This document shows, one piece after another, positions 1-13,095 of a stretch of 64,000 nucleotides of DNA. The notes below the pieces were generated by a model. The model worked only from the letters and a program-made list of their open reading frames with translations. It was not told the DNA's origin and did not search any database. Within the stretch, counting starts at the first letter, position 1. Every line of letters starts with the position of its first letter. The stretch is from Octopus bimaculoides. Taxonomy: Eukaryota. The translations under genes were made by a program, and so were the position numbers. The stretch is from assembly GCF_001194135.2 (NCBI RefSeq), contig NC_068997.1, forward strand, positions 29,092,505-29,156,504, read 5' to 3'.

Positions 1-690
1 TTCTAAAATGTATTGCTTCGAAGAATTTAAGAAACAAAAAAATTCACTTCAGAATATTTTTGAGGTTAATTTTAATGTGAAACATCAAGAATATGTTTCG
101 TCTGTTCGAGCCTGGATATTTCTAGTTACTAAAAATAAAATTGCCCTTTTCTCTTAATTAGAATCTCACTTCAAGACTGGAGAACAACAACAACAACGTT
201 AATGAAGCAATTAAAGAGAGAGAGAAGGGGAGAGAGAGAGAAAGACCAGACAAGCGAGATATTAAACGAGACTTCACGGGAGCTGGCATTATCACTTACC
301 AATCCATGATGGCTGATCCGATTACTGAGGTAATTGTTGTTATTTAATCATTTCAGGAGAGAAATTACATTTTATTCATAATAATTACCTGAATATATTT
401 AGGAAATTTAATGCCGGTATAATAGTAATTATTATTATGGCTGTTTTATTGTTTCTATTGCAGCTTCTTATATATAAAAAGGCAATACTTGTTAAGTGAT
501 GTGTGATGAGGAGTTATTTTTCCTTTAGGCCATATCGCTTTCATTTATTTACTGGATCATTCTATCGTAAAGTATTAGAGAAAGAGTTGTCTTTTTTTAA
601 AATTTTTGTATGCGTATATTTACATTATTTGTCAATATTGGTCATATTTCTGTGGAGACAAGTCACCAGCAGCGGCGGCTTTTCGTCTGT

Positions 691-917
691 GTCGGCCATA
701 TATGGCTTGTAATGACGTAGGAACAGATATCTTTGGCAAGTGACTCCCCAGATGCACCTGACTCTTTAAAAAAAAACACCGGCAACTATGTGTATTTGCT
801 GTATCCTTAAAATGTCTAACAGCAAAGAGTGCCTTGCATAATCGAGTGTGTGTGTCTATATCCATTGATATTGTCTCGACTAACTTTGGTCGGCCATATA
901 TGGCTGCTCTGACGTAG
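691..917. promoter_or_regulatory. Putative CLASP promoter: two copies of GTCGGCCATATATGGCT followed by TGACGTAG (CArG box plus CRE/ATF-like site)
   Basis: CCATATATGG at 696-705 and 894-903 fits CC(A/T)6GG; TGACGTAG at 713-720 and 910-917; CpG-retaining region upstream of the first coding exon. Confidence 0.55.
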
Positions 918-1444
918 AGAAGAAGAAGACTGCTGACATCTTCGAGATGCTACCATCAACAACTCCCTCGATTCCTTAAACAATTGAACTTAGATTTTTT
1001 TCTAATCGTTACCAACAGTAATTCCACGATGTTCTCCTGTCCTTTATTACAATGGATACCTGTTGTCATTATAATATTTTCTGCAAACAGCACTTAAACA
1101 GCTGAATCACTTCTATGTTTATATCTATTTCTTTTCCCCGTTTCAGAGCGAACAGCAACATCAGCCATCATCCCTGCCATTATATCTGAACCTTTGTTGA
1201 ATTAAGGAACACTAGTAGTATCTTGCCCCATCTATACTCTGTACTTGGTCCGTCACAGTTCCTTCTTTGTGCTGCTTTGCCGTCCTCAAATTTGATGTTG
1301 TAACTATATGTAGTAGTTCCAACAACTGTAATCGTTAAACGAGTATACCAGGACCAAACAAACCGCCAGTAATACAAGAAATTGAAACCCTTAAAACTAA
1401 AATCCAAAAATCTCATTGAAGCAGAGATATCCGACAACTTGGCC

Positions 1445-1621
1445 ATGGCATCTTTGGATACTTTTATGCGCAATGTCGTAACCCAGGATACAAGGAGTCG
1501 GACCCAGGTTCATTCTGAACTTGTGTCCTATCTAAGTGACCCCGGAGCATCTTTAGATTGCGAGGATATTGACCAATTCATCAATGGCTTAGTTGCATGG
1601 GTGAACAGCAGTAACTTCAAG
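1445..1621 (+). CDS. CLASP: CLASP coding exon 1 (59 aa, MASLDTF...VNSSNFK), phase 0 end
   Basis: Kozak gccATGg at 1445; donor AAG|gtaaac at 1621/1622; upstream acceptor-like tttcag at 1141-1146. Confidence 0.95.
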
Positions 1622-2771
1622 GTAAACACTTTCGTTTTATTACTTCTGGTTTCACCATTTTAGGTTTTATTTATTTATTTATTTCCTCTCTCCGCCCATT
1701 TCTACCCTGAATATGGTGAAGTTCCCCTCCCCCCCATTAAGCTATGCTCCAGAAATTAAATAATGCAATATGTTGTGTATATATATTGCACTATTTAATT
1801 TCTGGAGAATTAGAAAATATCTGCAAACCTTAGTTTCTTCCCGTTTAGGGAATAAAAAAAAAACCAACGAAATAATAATAGCAACACTCGCTACCCTAGG
1901 TAGTAGACTGATAACAGCTAAGGTGTTGAAATACCGTTTTGCTTTACGTATTCTTTTGTTTGTATCGTAGTGAAGTTAGTCATTCATAGCTTTCAGTGTC
2001 GGAATGTCTTTATGCAAACGATTTACTCTAAGGATGACTAAATTGCTGCTACTACCACTACTACTACCACCACCACCACCAAACACTGTTACAACTACTG
2101 TAATAATTATTTATTTTTGAGCTTTTGTGTAAACAGTGATTGATATTAAAATTACTAAGAGGGGGGAGGAGGAGGGCAAATGGAAGGATATGATTTCTTT
2201 TAGGATCATAAAAAAAAAGAAAAAAGGAACCCCAGCCGTTTCTACCTCCCCGCCCTTTTCCAATAAATAGATTTTCGATTTGTCATAATTCTTCTGCCTG
2301 CTGTCTGTATTGCAGAATGCATTGTGAGGCAGTGTTTGTGCAATTGTTGGTCGACTACCACTGCAAGTGCTATACATAGAATGCAGATAGATAGCTGCTG
2401 CTATTTTCTAAATTTCTCCTGTCTGGCACCCCTGATGTCATCTTCTCTCCTCACATTCCCCTCTCTATATCTATGTCTCCATTGATATCTCTTGCTTGCT
2501 GGTGTTGTTGTGATCGTCTTCTTGTAATCTCGAATCTGTTCCGTTTTTACTTCCTCGCCCACCATTCACGCAACCATCTTCGCCACATCCATCACCTCAT
2601 CCATGTTTGTCATTCTGCCCATCTGGATGTTGGAGTTCTCACAGATAACTGTTGCCATCTTTTCTTTACAACACATACCGTCATACCGTACACATTTTCT
2701 CCTTATCTTAGATAAATTTTTGCGTCTTAAAATCTAACAGTGCTAAAAAACTTTTATATCTATGTAGCATG

Positions 2772-2809
<38 letters not shown>

Positions 2810-3801
2810 NNNNNNNNNNTGTGTGTGTGTGATGTCACTGAGATATTTAAAATTTACTTGGCATTGAAATGATAGTAAAATTGCTTATCAAAATACATTA
2901 AGTTTTTAAGTGTAAAGGCATATTTTTTTAAGGCTTTATTTAAATTCAACATATTTGAATCTCTTCCTCAAATTTGAGCAGATGCATTTAGAATTCAATC
3001 TGCTTTGACCAGCTTGTTCGCTCCAATGAGTCGATGGTTAAATTATTTTCTTGTTCATTGGAGCACATACAACCACCATTATTATTTTAGAATGTCATTT
3101 GGGTTTATTAAATGTCCGATCACAATTAGTTCACTCTGAAATAAACAACTGGAATGAAATGAAATATTACTCCATCGATAGATTGGCAAATCTATAACTG
3201 TTATCTATCTTTTATCATCAACTCGTAATATATCTCCCTATCCGCTGCACTGATTGTTGCAGTCGGAGACCTCTGCCTGCAAGTTCTTTAAATAAATATG
3301 TACAAGGTAGACGACGACAAAGATGATGATGATTGTTGTTAACGATGAGCTTTCTAATACTGCAGTATGATGATGACTCATTCACCCAGCAGTTTGTTGC
3401 ATATGTCATTCGGACATTTCACTTCTTTCTCACTCGACTTGAATATCATCTTTTTTTTTTTTAATAATATTGTGCTGGTAGTCTGTCTCCTCCCTCTATA
3501 TTAACAGATATTTCAACATTACGATATTGATACTCTAACTTAAATATTGGATTGTTACGATCGTTATTTTACGCAGAAAATAAACATTTTGTAATTGAAA
3601 ATGTCTGTTCTCGTACTTGAAAAAAAAAATTATAATTAAAAAACAAGAACGTCTTGCTAAAACTCTGTCAGCGATGGTTGGTGCCCCTTAATAATATGTC
3701 TAGTGGAGGTTGGCATCAGAAAATTATTCTGGTCGGCAAAATGAATAATTGTTTATGCAGTCAAATAGATAATTATTTCTCTTTTCTCTCTCTCTCTCTT
3801 T

Positions 3802-3840
<39 letters not shown>

Positions 3841-4860
3841 TAATGATTATAATATACTTACTATATTAATCAATAATTTATTCTGTCTCATAGTATGTGA
3901 TCTCTAAGTATCTCCCCTTTTAATGAAAGAAAAGAACACGGGCTTGAACTTGCTGAGCGCATCCGATCGCACACACACACACTTATAGATCCTTTTCGGA
4001 TGTAGACAATACGTATGATCATATTTCTGGGGGCAGTGGGTGGACTGTGTTTTTTTTTTTCTGCATGTTTTTTAATTAACCAAAACGGTATAAATACATG
4101 GCCAAAGGGAATTTAGTTTCGTATTTCTATGTTCTAGGTTATATGCTACACATTTCTTTGTGTCAGTATGAGAAATTATATTCATTGAGAGTGAAAAGTC
4201 GAATTAGTAGCGATAAACAATCTGTAGATTTGGGTTCGGATTTTTGTAGAAATTGATTGTTGTCTTCCACCGTTCTGGAATCGGTCTGTGGTGGAGGTCA
4301 ATACGATCAATGAATGATTAAAGTGAAAACTATGTTGACGATATCGGAAACACTAAAAGCCCTGGACTAAATGCCTTTCTTTCATCAACCCTTTCATCTT
4401 GTACATCAAAATGCGATTGGAGTTTTAATGAAATAAGTACTAGGATAGATTTCAAGCATCCTGCTCTTAGAATTGGCATATTTGTTACCAATATACGTGA
4501 TCTGTGTTTTGAATTTCTCTTACGCTTTATGTATATATATAATTAAATTGATGTTGATACCTCCATCAATGGTTACGAAGCTGATACACTGCAGAAAAAT
4601 TGTTTTTCATTATACAGAATGCATTGATGAGTAAATATAGGAATTAAAGGGTAAAAAGAAAGGATTACGGATTTATGATTATACGAGAAAATGAGAATTA
4701 AGATGGGTTTGGCTTAATCGAGATTTATTTCATTCGTCCTACCAGATGGCTGCTGCTGATGAAGACAAGCGTTCAGTTTTCATGTGCGATGACAAGTACA
4801 TTCTCATTTACCTGTCCACATTAATTAATCTTATTGAATCGATATATATATATATATATA

Positions 4861-5045
4861 TCATCATCAGTTGTCCATGCTGTCATGTGTTGGGCGGTTT
4901 GACCAGGGCTGGCAAGCTGGAAGGCTCCACCAGACTCCAGTTTCATTTTTGGCTTGGTTTCTACAGCTGGATGCCTTTCCTAACGCCAACCACTCTGAGA
5001 GTGTAATGGATGATTTTACGTGCCATCGGCACGGGTGCCATTTGT
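4861..5045 (-). mobile_element. Family A 3' fragment
   Basis: Reverse complement tail with (CAT)n. Confidence 0.8.
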
Positions 5046-6014
5046 ATGATACACACACACACACACATCTTTTAAATTTGTTTATGGGAAACCTTTTAAA
5101 TATGCAAATGAAGCCCCTATTCCATTATGCCAGTCACAATCTAATAATGCTGACTGGTGAGCCAGTTTTGGGGATTCTATCAAACTGTACTGATACAATG
5201 TAGGAGAAATACAATAATAATAATCTTTGGATGAAATTTATAGACATTTAGTGCATTATTATGCGCATTTCCACAAATCGCGTCTCTTAAGATCACGGTC
5301 CATATTCCTGGGATGATTCCAGTGTAGTCCGTAGTATCTGTGGGTATCGGGCTGACCATCTTCATGGATTCATTTCTTCAGGAGATATAGCATTGATGTA
5401 TGTTTAACTGAGGGTTGTTTATCACTTTTGAGGTGTGGGTATTTCTGTGTGTATTTGGTGGGGAGGAGGGGAAGGTGATTAAAAGGTAGGAAGGAATGGT
5501 AGTTCTATGGGGATGGAGGTGTGTGTGGTGATGTTGCACTTATTCTGCTATTCAGTCTGCAGATGTCGAGGATGGATAGCACATTCTCATTTAAGGAAGG
5601 ACTGACCACCACTACTGTTGGCAACCCATCATTGACCCATCTGCTGGATAAATAGCTAATTAAGTCCATCACCATCACACACACCTACCTTACTCATATA
5701 ACTACCATTCCCTCCTCTCTTTCCATCATCTTCCCCTTCTCCCTACCTAATACACCCAGAAATTCCCACATACCTCAACCAAGCTTTGCACTGATCAGAA
5801 GGGACAAGCATCCCTCTGTTGAGCATCCATTAATGTTATATCGCGTGAAGAAATGAATCCATAAAGATGATCAACCCAATGGCCACGGATACTATGGACT
5901 ACCCTGTAATCATCCCAGGAACATGGATTGTGATCTTTAGAGACATTCTGTTTGTGGAAACACATGTGATACATTAACATGTTTGTAAATTCCCTAAGAA
6001 AAGTTGTTGCTATT

Positions 6015-6065
<51 letters not shown>

Positions 6066-6288
6066 TACACACTATGTAGGTAGGGAAAATGAAATATGTA
6101 ATGGTGACTAATACCAAAGAATTTTTCCAACTTCCTGTTTTGTTTGATAGGGTTAAGATCTAAGCTGTGTCCTCTTGAAGCACAGCTTCTTATTTCAGTA
6201 ATCCAAATCTGTATGTAGATATCGTATTTGTGTGAGGTAGGCATAAGAGTTGCAAAATACTGGAAAACATCTTCTGCAGAGTAATAAT

Positions 6289-6542
6289 AACAAAACAGGA
6301 GATTGGACAATTTTTTGGTATTATCTATTCATTATTACATGTGTTTCATTTGCTAGTAGGAGTTAACAAAATTGTACACATATAGAAAACCTGTGAAATA
6401 TTTGATTCTCTGTCAGAAGAATTTCTGATAGGAGATATCTTGCATGTTTTCTATGTGTACAATTTTGTGACTCCTATTAGCAAATGAAACGCATGTAATG
6501 GTGAATGAATAATAGCAAAAAATTTTCCAATTTCCTGTTTTG
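6289..6542. repeat. Foldback palindrome (~125-bp arms, 4-nt loop), with an extra arm copy at 6087-6145
   Basis: Centre TCAGAA-gaat-TTCTGA (6413-6428); arms clearly complementary with scattered mismatches. Confidence 0.85.
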
Positions 6543-7049
6543 ATTTATATTACATACACACACATACATGAGAAGGAACAAATGAAATAGCGTAATTACT
6601 TGCCCTGCATATAAAGTATAATATCATAGCCTGTTTAAATAACTCTTCGTTTAATATGTTACACTATTTCAGTGACTACTAAATGCCCGTTGATAAATCT
6701 TCAGTAATATGAGTATAAAAAAAAAGAGAAAAATGATTATCTTTTTCCTGTTTTTAAACTAGAAGCACTTCAGTTTTATCTTCATTCCTTTTTTATATTT
6801 GTAGATTGCTGCTTCTTATCAGTTACCTAAAATTGGTTTCATCACTCCTTGCCTTCTGTTTTATTCCAGGTTTTTTAGGTTTACCTTAGCCCTGATAATA
6901 TCAAGCCATGCTTATATATATTTATCTTGAACAATATGTACTTTCCCAGGCAAACATTAATCATGAAATAAAGTTTGCAAGTTTGCAAGTTTGTCAGGTA
7001 TAAGGAATAAGAGAACTTTAAAGCTTATGGTTTTCAAAATTCTGTCTAA

Positions 7050-7402
7050 CAGTGTGGTTAAAAAGTTTGCTTCCCATGTACATGGTTCCAGGTTCAGTCC
7101 CACTGCATAGCACCTTGGGCAAGTGTCTTCTATAAAATTGGGCTGACCAAAGCCTTGTGGATTTGGTAGATGGAAACTGAAAGAAGCCTGTCTGAGACGA
7201 GTAAAAGTACACACACACACACACGTGCCTCTCTGATTGTCCCCTATGCCAGTATTGGTTTGTTTATGTCCCTCAAGCTTGACAGTTTGGCATAAGAGAC
7301 CGATAGAGTAAATACTAGGCTTAAAAGTAACAAGCACAGTGAGTTATTTGTTTGACCTTCATGGCCACAGTTCAATGACTGAAACAAGCAGAAGATAAAA
7401 GA
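7050..7402 (+). mobile_element. tRNA-derived SINE family B, near full length
   Basis: A-box-like TGTGG, B-box GGTTCAGTCC, CACCTTGGGCAAGTGTCTT, central (CA)n, tail ...GACTGAAACAAG..AAGATAAAAGA. Confidence 0.82.
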
Positions 7403-8868
7403 TCTTGCTTGAATAGCCCAAGTTTTATAAATATTGATATTTAGTAGACATTTAAACATATTTGGCATTCTTTCTTTTCCTGGCTGTATATCTGTTGAGT
7501 CTAAACTTTATATTAAAGTCATTACATTATGTGCTGAATGACAGAGATGACCTTTATTCTCACATAGTCATAAAAGTTAGAACTCCTTTTAAACAATAAA
7601 AACATCTTTCTTCTGTCAAAATTTGATAGAAATTTTGAATACTTCAATCAAGATGTTAAAGGAAAAAAGCCTCCAGTATTTTGTTTACTGTCAGTCAGGC
7701 TAGTAGTAGCCAATCAGTGTCTAGATGTACTCAGTTTTTATCTTCGCACAGTACTAGAAATGAAATTGTTTTGCTGTTGGTCTATCTGAAAAACTAGTAC
7801 ACCTTATTTGTATATTATTAATATATAACTCAAGCTGTTTATATAATATTGAATTCTTACAACTTTTCTGTATGTATGTATGTATACATGCACATATGAA
7901 TATACTTGTTCCATAGCTGTGTCATTTAATAAATACGATGATGATATATAGTTATAATGGTTTATCATTAGTTCAAGTCTTCTGATTGTGAAACCTTGAA
8001 TACTGGTTTTAACATGGATGAATTGACTTAGATTTTCTTCTCTTATATGCTCTATTTTTTTTTTGAACATTTGATAAACCAATTAACTTCAGTATTCATC
8101 ATTAAGCAATGTTGTCTTGTAACATTTGAAAATATTTTTGGCACAGTTTTGGCTTTTTCATGTGTGTTGTGAAAATTTGGGTTGCGTCAATGTTACACTG
8201 AATTTCCTGGTTGTGTCATTTTCTTAGCTATATTGCCAAAAAACCCAGTTACAAACAGCAAATACTGAACATCCATACTTGCTGGAGAGGTTGCAGTGAA
8301 CTAATAGCTGTGCATTTGCTTTTTAAATTCAGCAAAATATTTGATAAGCTTAATGACAGTAGTTAATACTGAGAAATGTAGATAATATTCACAAAAATTG
8401 GGATTCGTACCTTATATTATTAAACAATATTTATGTGGCTATTATGTGAAAAGACTTTCAGTAATGATGCCATGAAATCTTCAAGATGAAGGCTACTGCG
8501 TTAGGAGGGTTCACTTTGATAAGAAAATAAAGATAAACACTGAAAGAAAATTTTAGAAGTAAATTTAATGACTTTTTTTTTAAAGCACCTGCCAGTGTCA
8601 AGGGAGACTGAAAATATCTTAGATATCATGGCATCCGTTTTCCATGGGTAAGACGGTTTGACTGGAGCTTGAAAGCTGCACCAGGCTGTTTTGGCTTGGT
8701 TTCCACAGCCGTATGCCCTTCCTAATGCCAACCACTTTACAGTGTACTGAGTGTCTTTCATGTGTCACTGGCCACAATTACGTTTTTGGCTGGATATGGC
8801 CAGTTTAAATGCTAAAGAGTTAACAGATGATGCAAATGGTGAGACAATTTTTCAAGTTTGGTGTTTAG

Positions 8869-9290
8869 GTGCAAATGTGGCTTTGTGGTTACAAAGCTTG
8901 CTTCCCAACTGTGTGGTCTTGAGTTCAGTCCCACTATGCAGCAACTTGGCCAAGTGTCTTATACTGTAAATACGGACTGAACAAAGCCTTGTGCATGGAT
9001 TTGGTAGAGGGAAACTGAAAGCAGCCCATTGCATGTGTGTTTGTGTGTGTGTTCCCTTGTCTTAACATCACATGATGATTGTAAGTAAGCATCGCTATTG
9101 TGCAAACAATATTGTTTAGTTCCAGTCTTCCATGGAAAACATGACTGGCCATGGGGGGAAATATTGCCTTGCTTGGAAATAGGTGAGGGTTGGTGACAGG
9201 AAAAGCATCCGGCCATATAAAATCTAATTCAACAAATTACATCTGACCATTGCAAACATGGAAAAGTGGGTGTTAAATGATGATGATGAT
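8869..9290 (+). mobile_element. SINE-B head joined to an RTE-type (GAT)n tail
   Basis: Family B head to ~9050, then a different body ending GCAAACATGGAAAAGTGGGTGTTAAATGATGATGATGAT. Confidence 0.7.
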
Positions 9291-9309
9291 GGAGCATTAT
9301 ATATGAAGA

Positions 9310-9571
9310 CTCCGACAGGGGGTGGTGGTGAACCCTGCTGTACTCTTTCACCACAACTTTCTCTCACTCTTTCTTCCTGTCTCTGTTGTGCCTGTAATTC
9401 AAAGGGCCAACCTTGTCACACTATGTGTCATGCTGAATCTCCCCAAGAACTACATTGAGGGTACACGTGTCTGTGGAGTGCTCAGCCACTTGCACGTTAA
9501 TTCCACGAGCAGGCTGTTCCGTTGATCAGATCAACTGGAGCCCTCGACGTCGTAAGCGACGGAGTGCCATG
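9310..9571 (+). mobile_element. Unclassified retroposon insertion with 11-bp TSD
   Basis: ATATATGAAGA at 9299-9309 and 9572-9582; CpG-rich 3' end. Confidence 0.65.
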
Positions 9572-12500
9572 ATATATGAAGAAACATGTTCCCCTCTAAG
9601 ATATTACAGCAATGGTTGCTCATGGTGCAAAAGCAATGACTGATCATTAGAAAAGATTTGCTACGTTTACTCATAGAAAAGGTTTCTGATCTACAGATTG
9701 TTCATTGTGTATTAAAAAGACACCATCATTTATCCAATAAACTCCTGATGCCTTAAACATGTGTATCAAGTTGATAAAAAAAATCAACAAAAAGAAAAAA
9801 ACAAACAAACTGAAAATACATCCTCTGAATTCACAACTGTTTGCAATATTGTGTGAATAATAAAATAATGATGCTTTTAGCCTATTACTTTTGCACGCAC
9901 AGAATGGTTGTCAAGAAGTGACAGCTTGCAAAGACTTGTTAACTTGTATGACTCAGCAGTGGAGTTTCTTGCTGATGTAGAGCCATTACTATGTGACTAG
10001 TTGCAAAAGTGTATGAAGCATCTGTTCTGTTTGTCAGACCCACATTCATAATGTTATGGAATATAGAAATATCTGCAAAGTGAAGATGTAGCAGTTACTC
10101 AAGCTCAAACAACCCTAATAAGCTTTCAAGTCAAAATAGGTTTATTAATCTGTATCACCTTGTAGAGATTTGAAGTATTTTTTTTTTTAGGCATACAGCA
10201 ATTTGGTTAAGAAGCAGCTGGAAGCATTTCGAATTTTAAATCCCTAATTCATCTAATCTCTTTCAGGATGTCTTTGATCAGTTGGAATCGATCTGTTTCT
10301 TATGATTCATCACAAAATTAATCTACAAACGCAAAAACTTTGCTTGAGATATGAATCTTAGGTTTACGTGTAACTACACCCATGTTTCTTGTTTGCTTGA
10401 GCCAGCCATAGAACAAATTTGTTTTACCCTTGCAAACAGAATCAGATATGATCTAACAATTTTATTTCATTGGCAATTATTATAATCATTATGTGAGCAG
10501 TGGTGTTGCTAGAGACAGTAGCAAACCAGATTAGGCAGTTTTTTTTACTGTTCAAATTATTCTTTCCCAGGGACCAACTGACCCTCCTTTCTCTGACAAA
10601 ATTGATCTGGTGTCTAGGAACTTTTCATTATTTACTTTTCTTTATATATATATATATATATATATATNNNNNNNNNNNNNNNNNNNNNNNNNNNNNNNNN
10701 NNNNNNNNNNNNNNNNNNNNNNNNNNNNNNNNNNNNNNNNNNNNNNNNNNNNNNNNNNNNNNNNNNNNNNNNNNNNNNNNNNNNNNNNNNNNNNNNNNNN
10801 NNNNNNNNNNNNNNNNNNNNNNNNNNNNNNNNNNNNNNNNNNNNNNNNNNNNNNNNNNNNNNNNNNNNNNNNNNNNNNNNNNNGGGCAGGGGTAAAAAGT
10901 GGTTTACCCTTAATTTATACGGCAAATAAGAAAATGGAGAGGATACAAAAATGACATACATCATCTGGTAGACATTGTATTATGTCTGTTTATTCCAAAA
11001 CAAAAGGAACTGATCTTTTAATCTTTTACTCTTTTATGTATTACTATTACTAGTATATATTTGTGTAGCACACAGTCTTTGCATTGTGTATCTATTCTTA
11101 TAATACTCCCTTTTGTTTTGGAATAAACAGACATAATAGAATGTCTACCAGATGATGTATGTCATTTTTGTATCCCCTCCATTTTCTTTCAATTTTGATT
11201 TTAATATATTTTCGCCATTTTTATACTTGTTTATGGTATCTTTATACCTATAATGAATTTTTTCAATATATATATAAAAAATTATATATGTAAAATTATA
11301 TATATATATATATATAATTTTACATTTTGTCATAGATGCTTATGTGGTAGTTGAGTTTTTATTGTTGGTTGTTTTGTAAAATCTATTTGAGCTAGTTTAT
11401 TTAGAAACCACTTGATTTCATAGAAAAGTAGCTGTAACATTAACATCATCAGTTCAATTATACAAAAGATGTCTGTCTTCAATGTCAAAAGAGTTAATGA
11501 GAAGGCTTTTATCACCAACAACAATACCAGTAATATTGGTGCCACTAATCCTACTACTACTAATGATAAAACAAATATATTCTATCAATAACAGTACTTT
11601 TGGTCAAGTCAACTATTTGGTCACTTGCTCAATTCTCCCTCATGAAAAGGTAGTGGGTCTACACTTTGGATAATGTACTCCCAAATACACTGTCTGAAAC
11701 CAAAAGTTTTGGTCATGGCTAGAATGTCTTTGGTCATGTGGCTGATTAGGCTAATCAGCAATAACAAAAAAATCTTGTTAGTGCCCAAACCTGATTAACT
11801 CCAGAGTTGTAAAAGAGTTAATCCAGCTTAGATCTTTTCTTATATACAAATTCAAGGTCAATCAAAAATGCCAGCTAGTCAATAAGTTTCCTCTATGTGG
11901 AATGTATCTGGTTTGTGATCGTGAATTAGTCACTTGGTTATTTTTGCCTAGAAACTGTTTAATCAGAGTTGACTGAAACAATTTATTACACCAAAATCAA
12001 CAAACTGACTAATATCGACTTTCTGCACATCCATCCCAGCGTGTTGATGTTACTTATTATATTGAGCTTTTAGGGATAAATAGCTGTGAACTGAATCACA
12101 AGATTGCTTTAAATTATTCAATTGGTCTTTCAACTCTAACCAACCTGTCTTTGTGTTGGTTATGTGGACTTTATAAATTATTTCTGTGGATGTGGCTTCA
12201 CTTGCTATATTCAGAACATAGTAACCCTGCAGATATTTATCTTTTGGAAAATTTTATTGCTGTTGATCAATAAACCATTAGTTGTTTTGAGTTTGAAAAC
12301 TGGGAATACTACTTTTTTTTTTTGCAGGGAAACTAATTTTCCTTCTGTGGTTACTTAAGTATTATTATTAAACCATAAGTGTGATCACTCGGCTGTGTGT
12401 TGTGTTCTTGAGCAAGACTCTTTATTTCATGCTGCTCCAGTTCACTCAGCTGTAGAAATGAGTTGTGATGTCACTGGTGCCAAACTGTATTGGCTTTTGC

Positions 12501-13095
12501 CTTTCCCTTGGATAACATTAGTGGTGTGGAGAAGGTGAGTCTGGTATGCATGGGCGACTGTTGGCCTTCCATAAACAAATTTGCCTTGGAGGGGAACTTT
12601 CTAGGTGTAATCCTATGGTCATTCATAACTGAAGGGGGTCTTTAAGTATGACCTGTTAATTTGTGTAAATCCTTGCTGTAGATTAAAGCGTTAGTATTTT
12701 CGTTTTTAACAAACTGAGAAATGATCAGCATCATTTTGCTTCTCTTTGTCCATGTAGGCATGTACTGGATGGATTTTACAATCATCTCCTAACCATGGCA
12801 ACAGTGAAAAAGAAGCAAATTCTGTTATGCATGCCATTATTTTTGGATGCACTTCTCATTACTTTACAGTATGGACTAAATGCAGCATTTTATATGTGCC
12901 ACTGGTTCTAGAGAAGTTTCCTCTGCCTTTTCTTATTTCTGTTCATTCGTTCAGTTTCATAGTTCACTATAGTCTATGTTAAACCTTACCATTTGGTTTT
13001 CATGCAGAGTATGTCATTCAGTAACCTTTGCTTCATGTTATCATGTCACCTAGTGTTTTTTTCACAAAATATCTATATATCTCATATCCACATAG

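Noticed and set aside
1382-1663. 93-aa ORF taken as a complete gene with TTG start
   Set aside because: The real CDS starts at the Kozak ATG 1445 and is spliced at 1621; the rest is UTR or intron read-through.
2470-2715. His-rich 80-aa ORF and a purine-rich minus-strand reading
   Set aside because: No recognisable homology or splice signals; low complexity.
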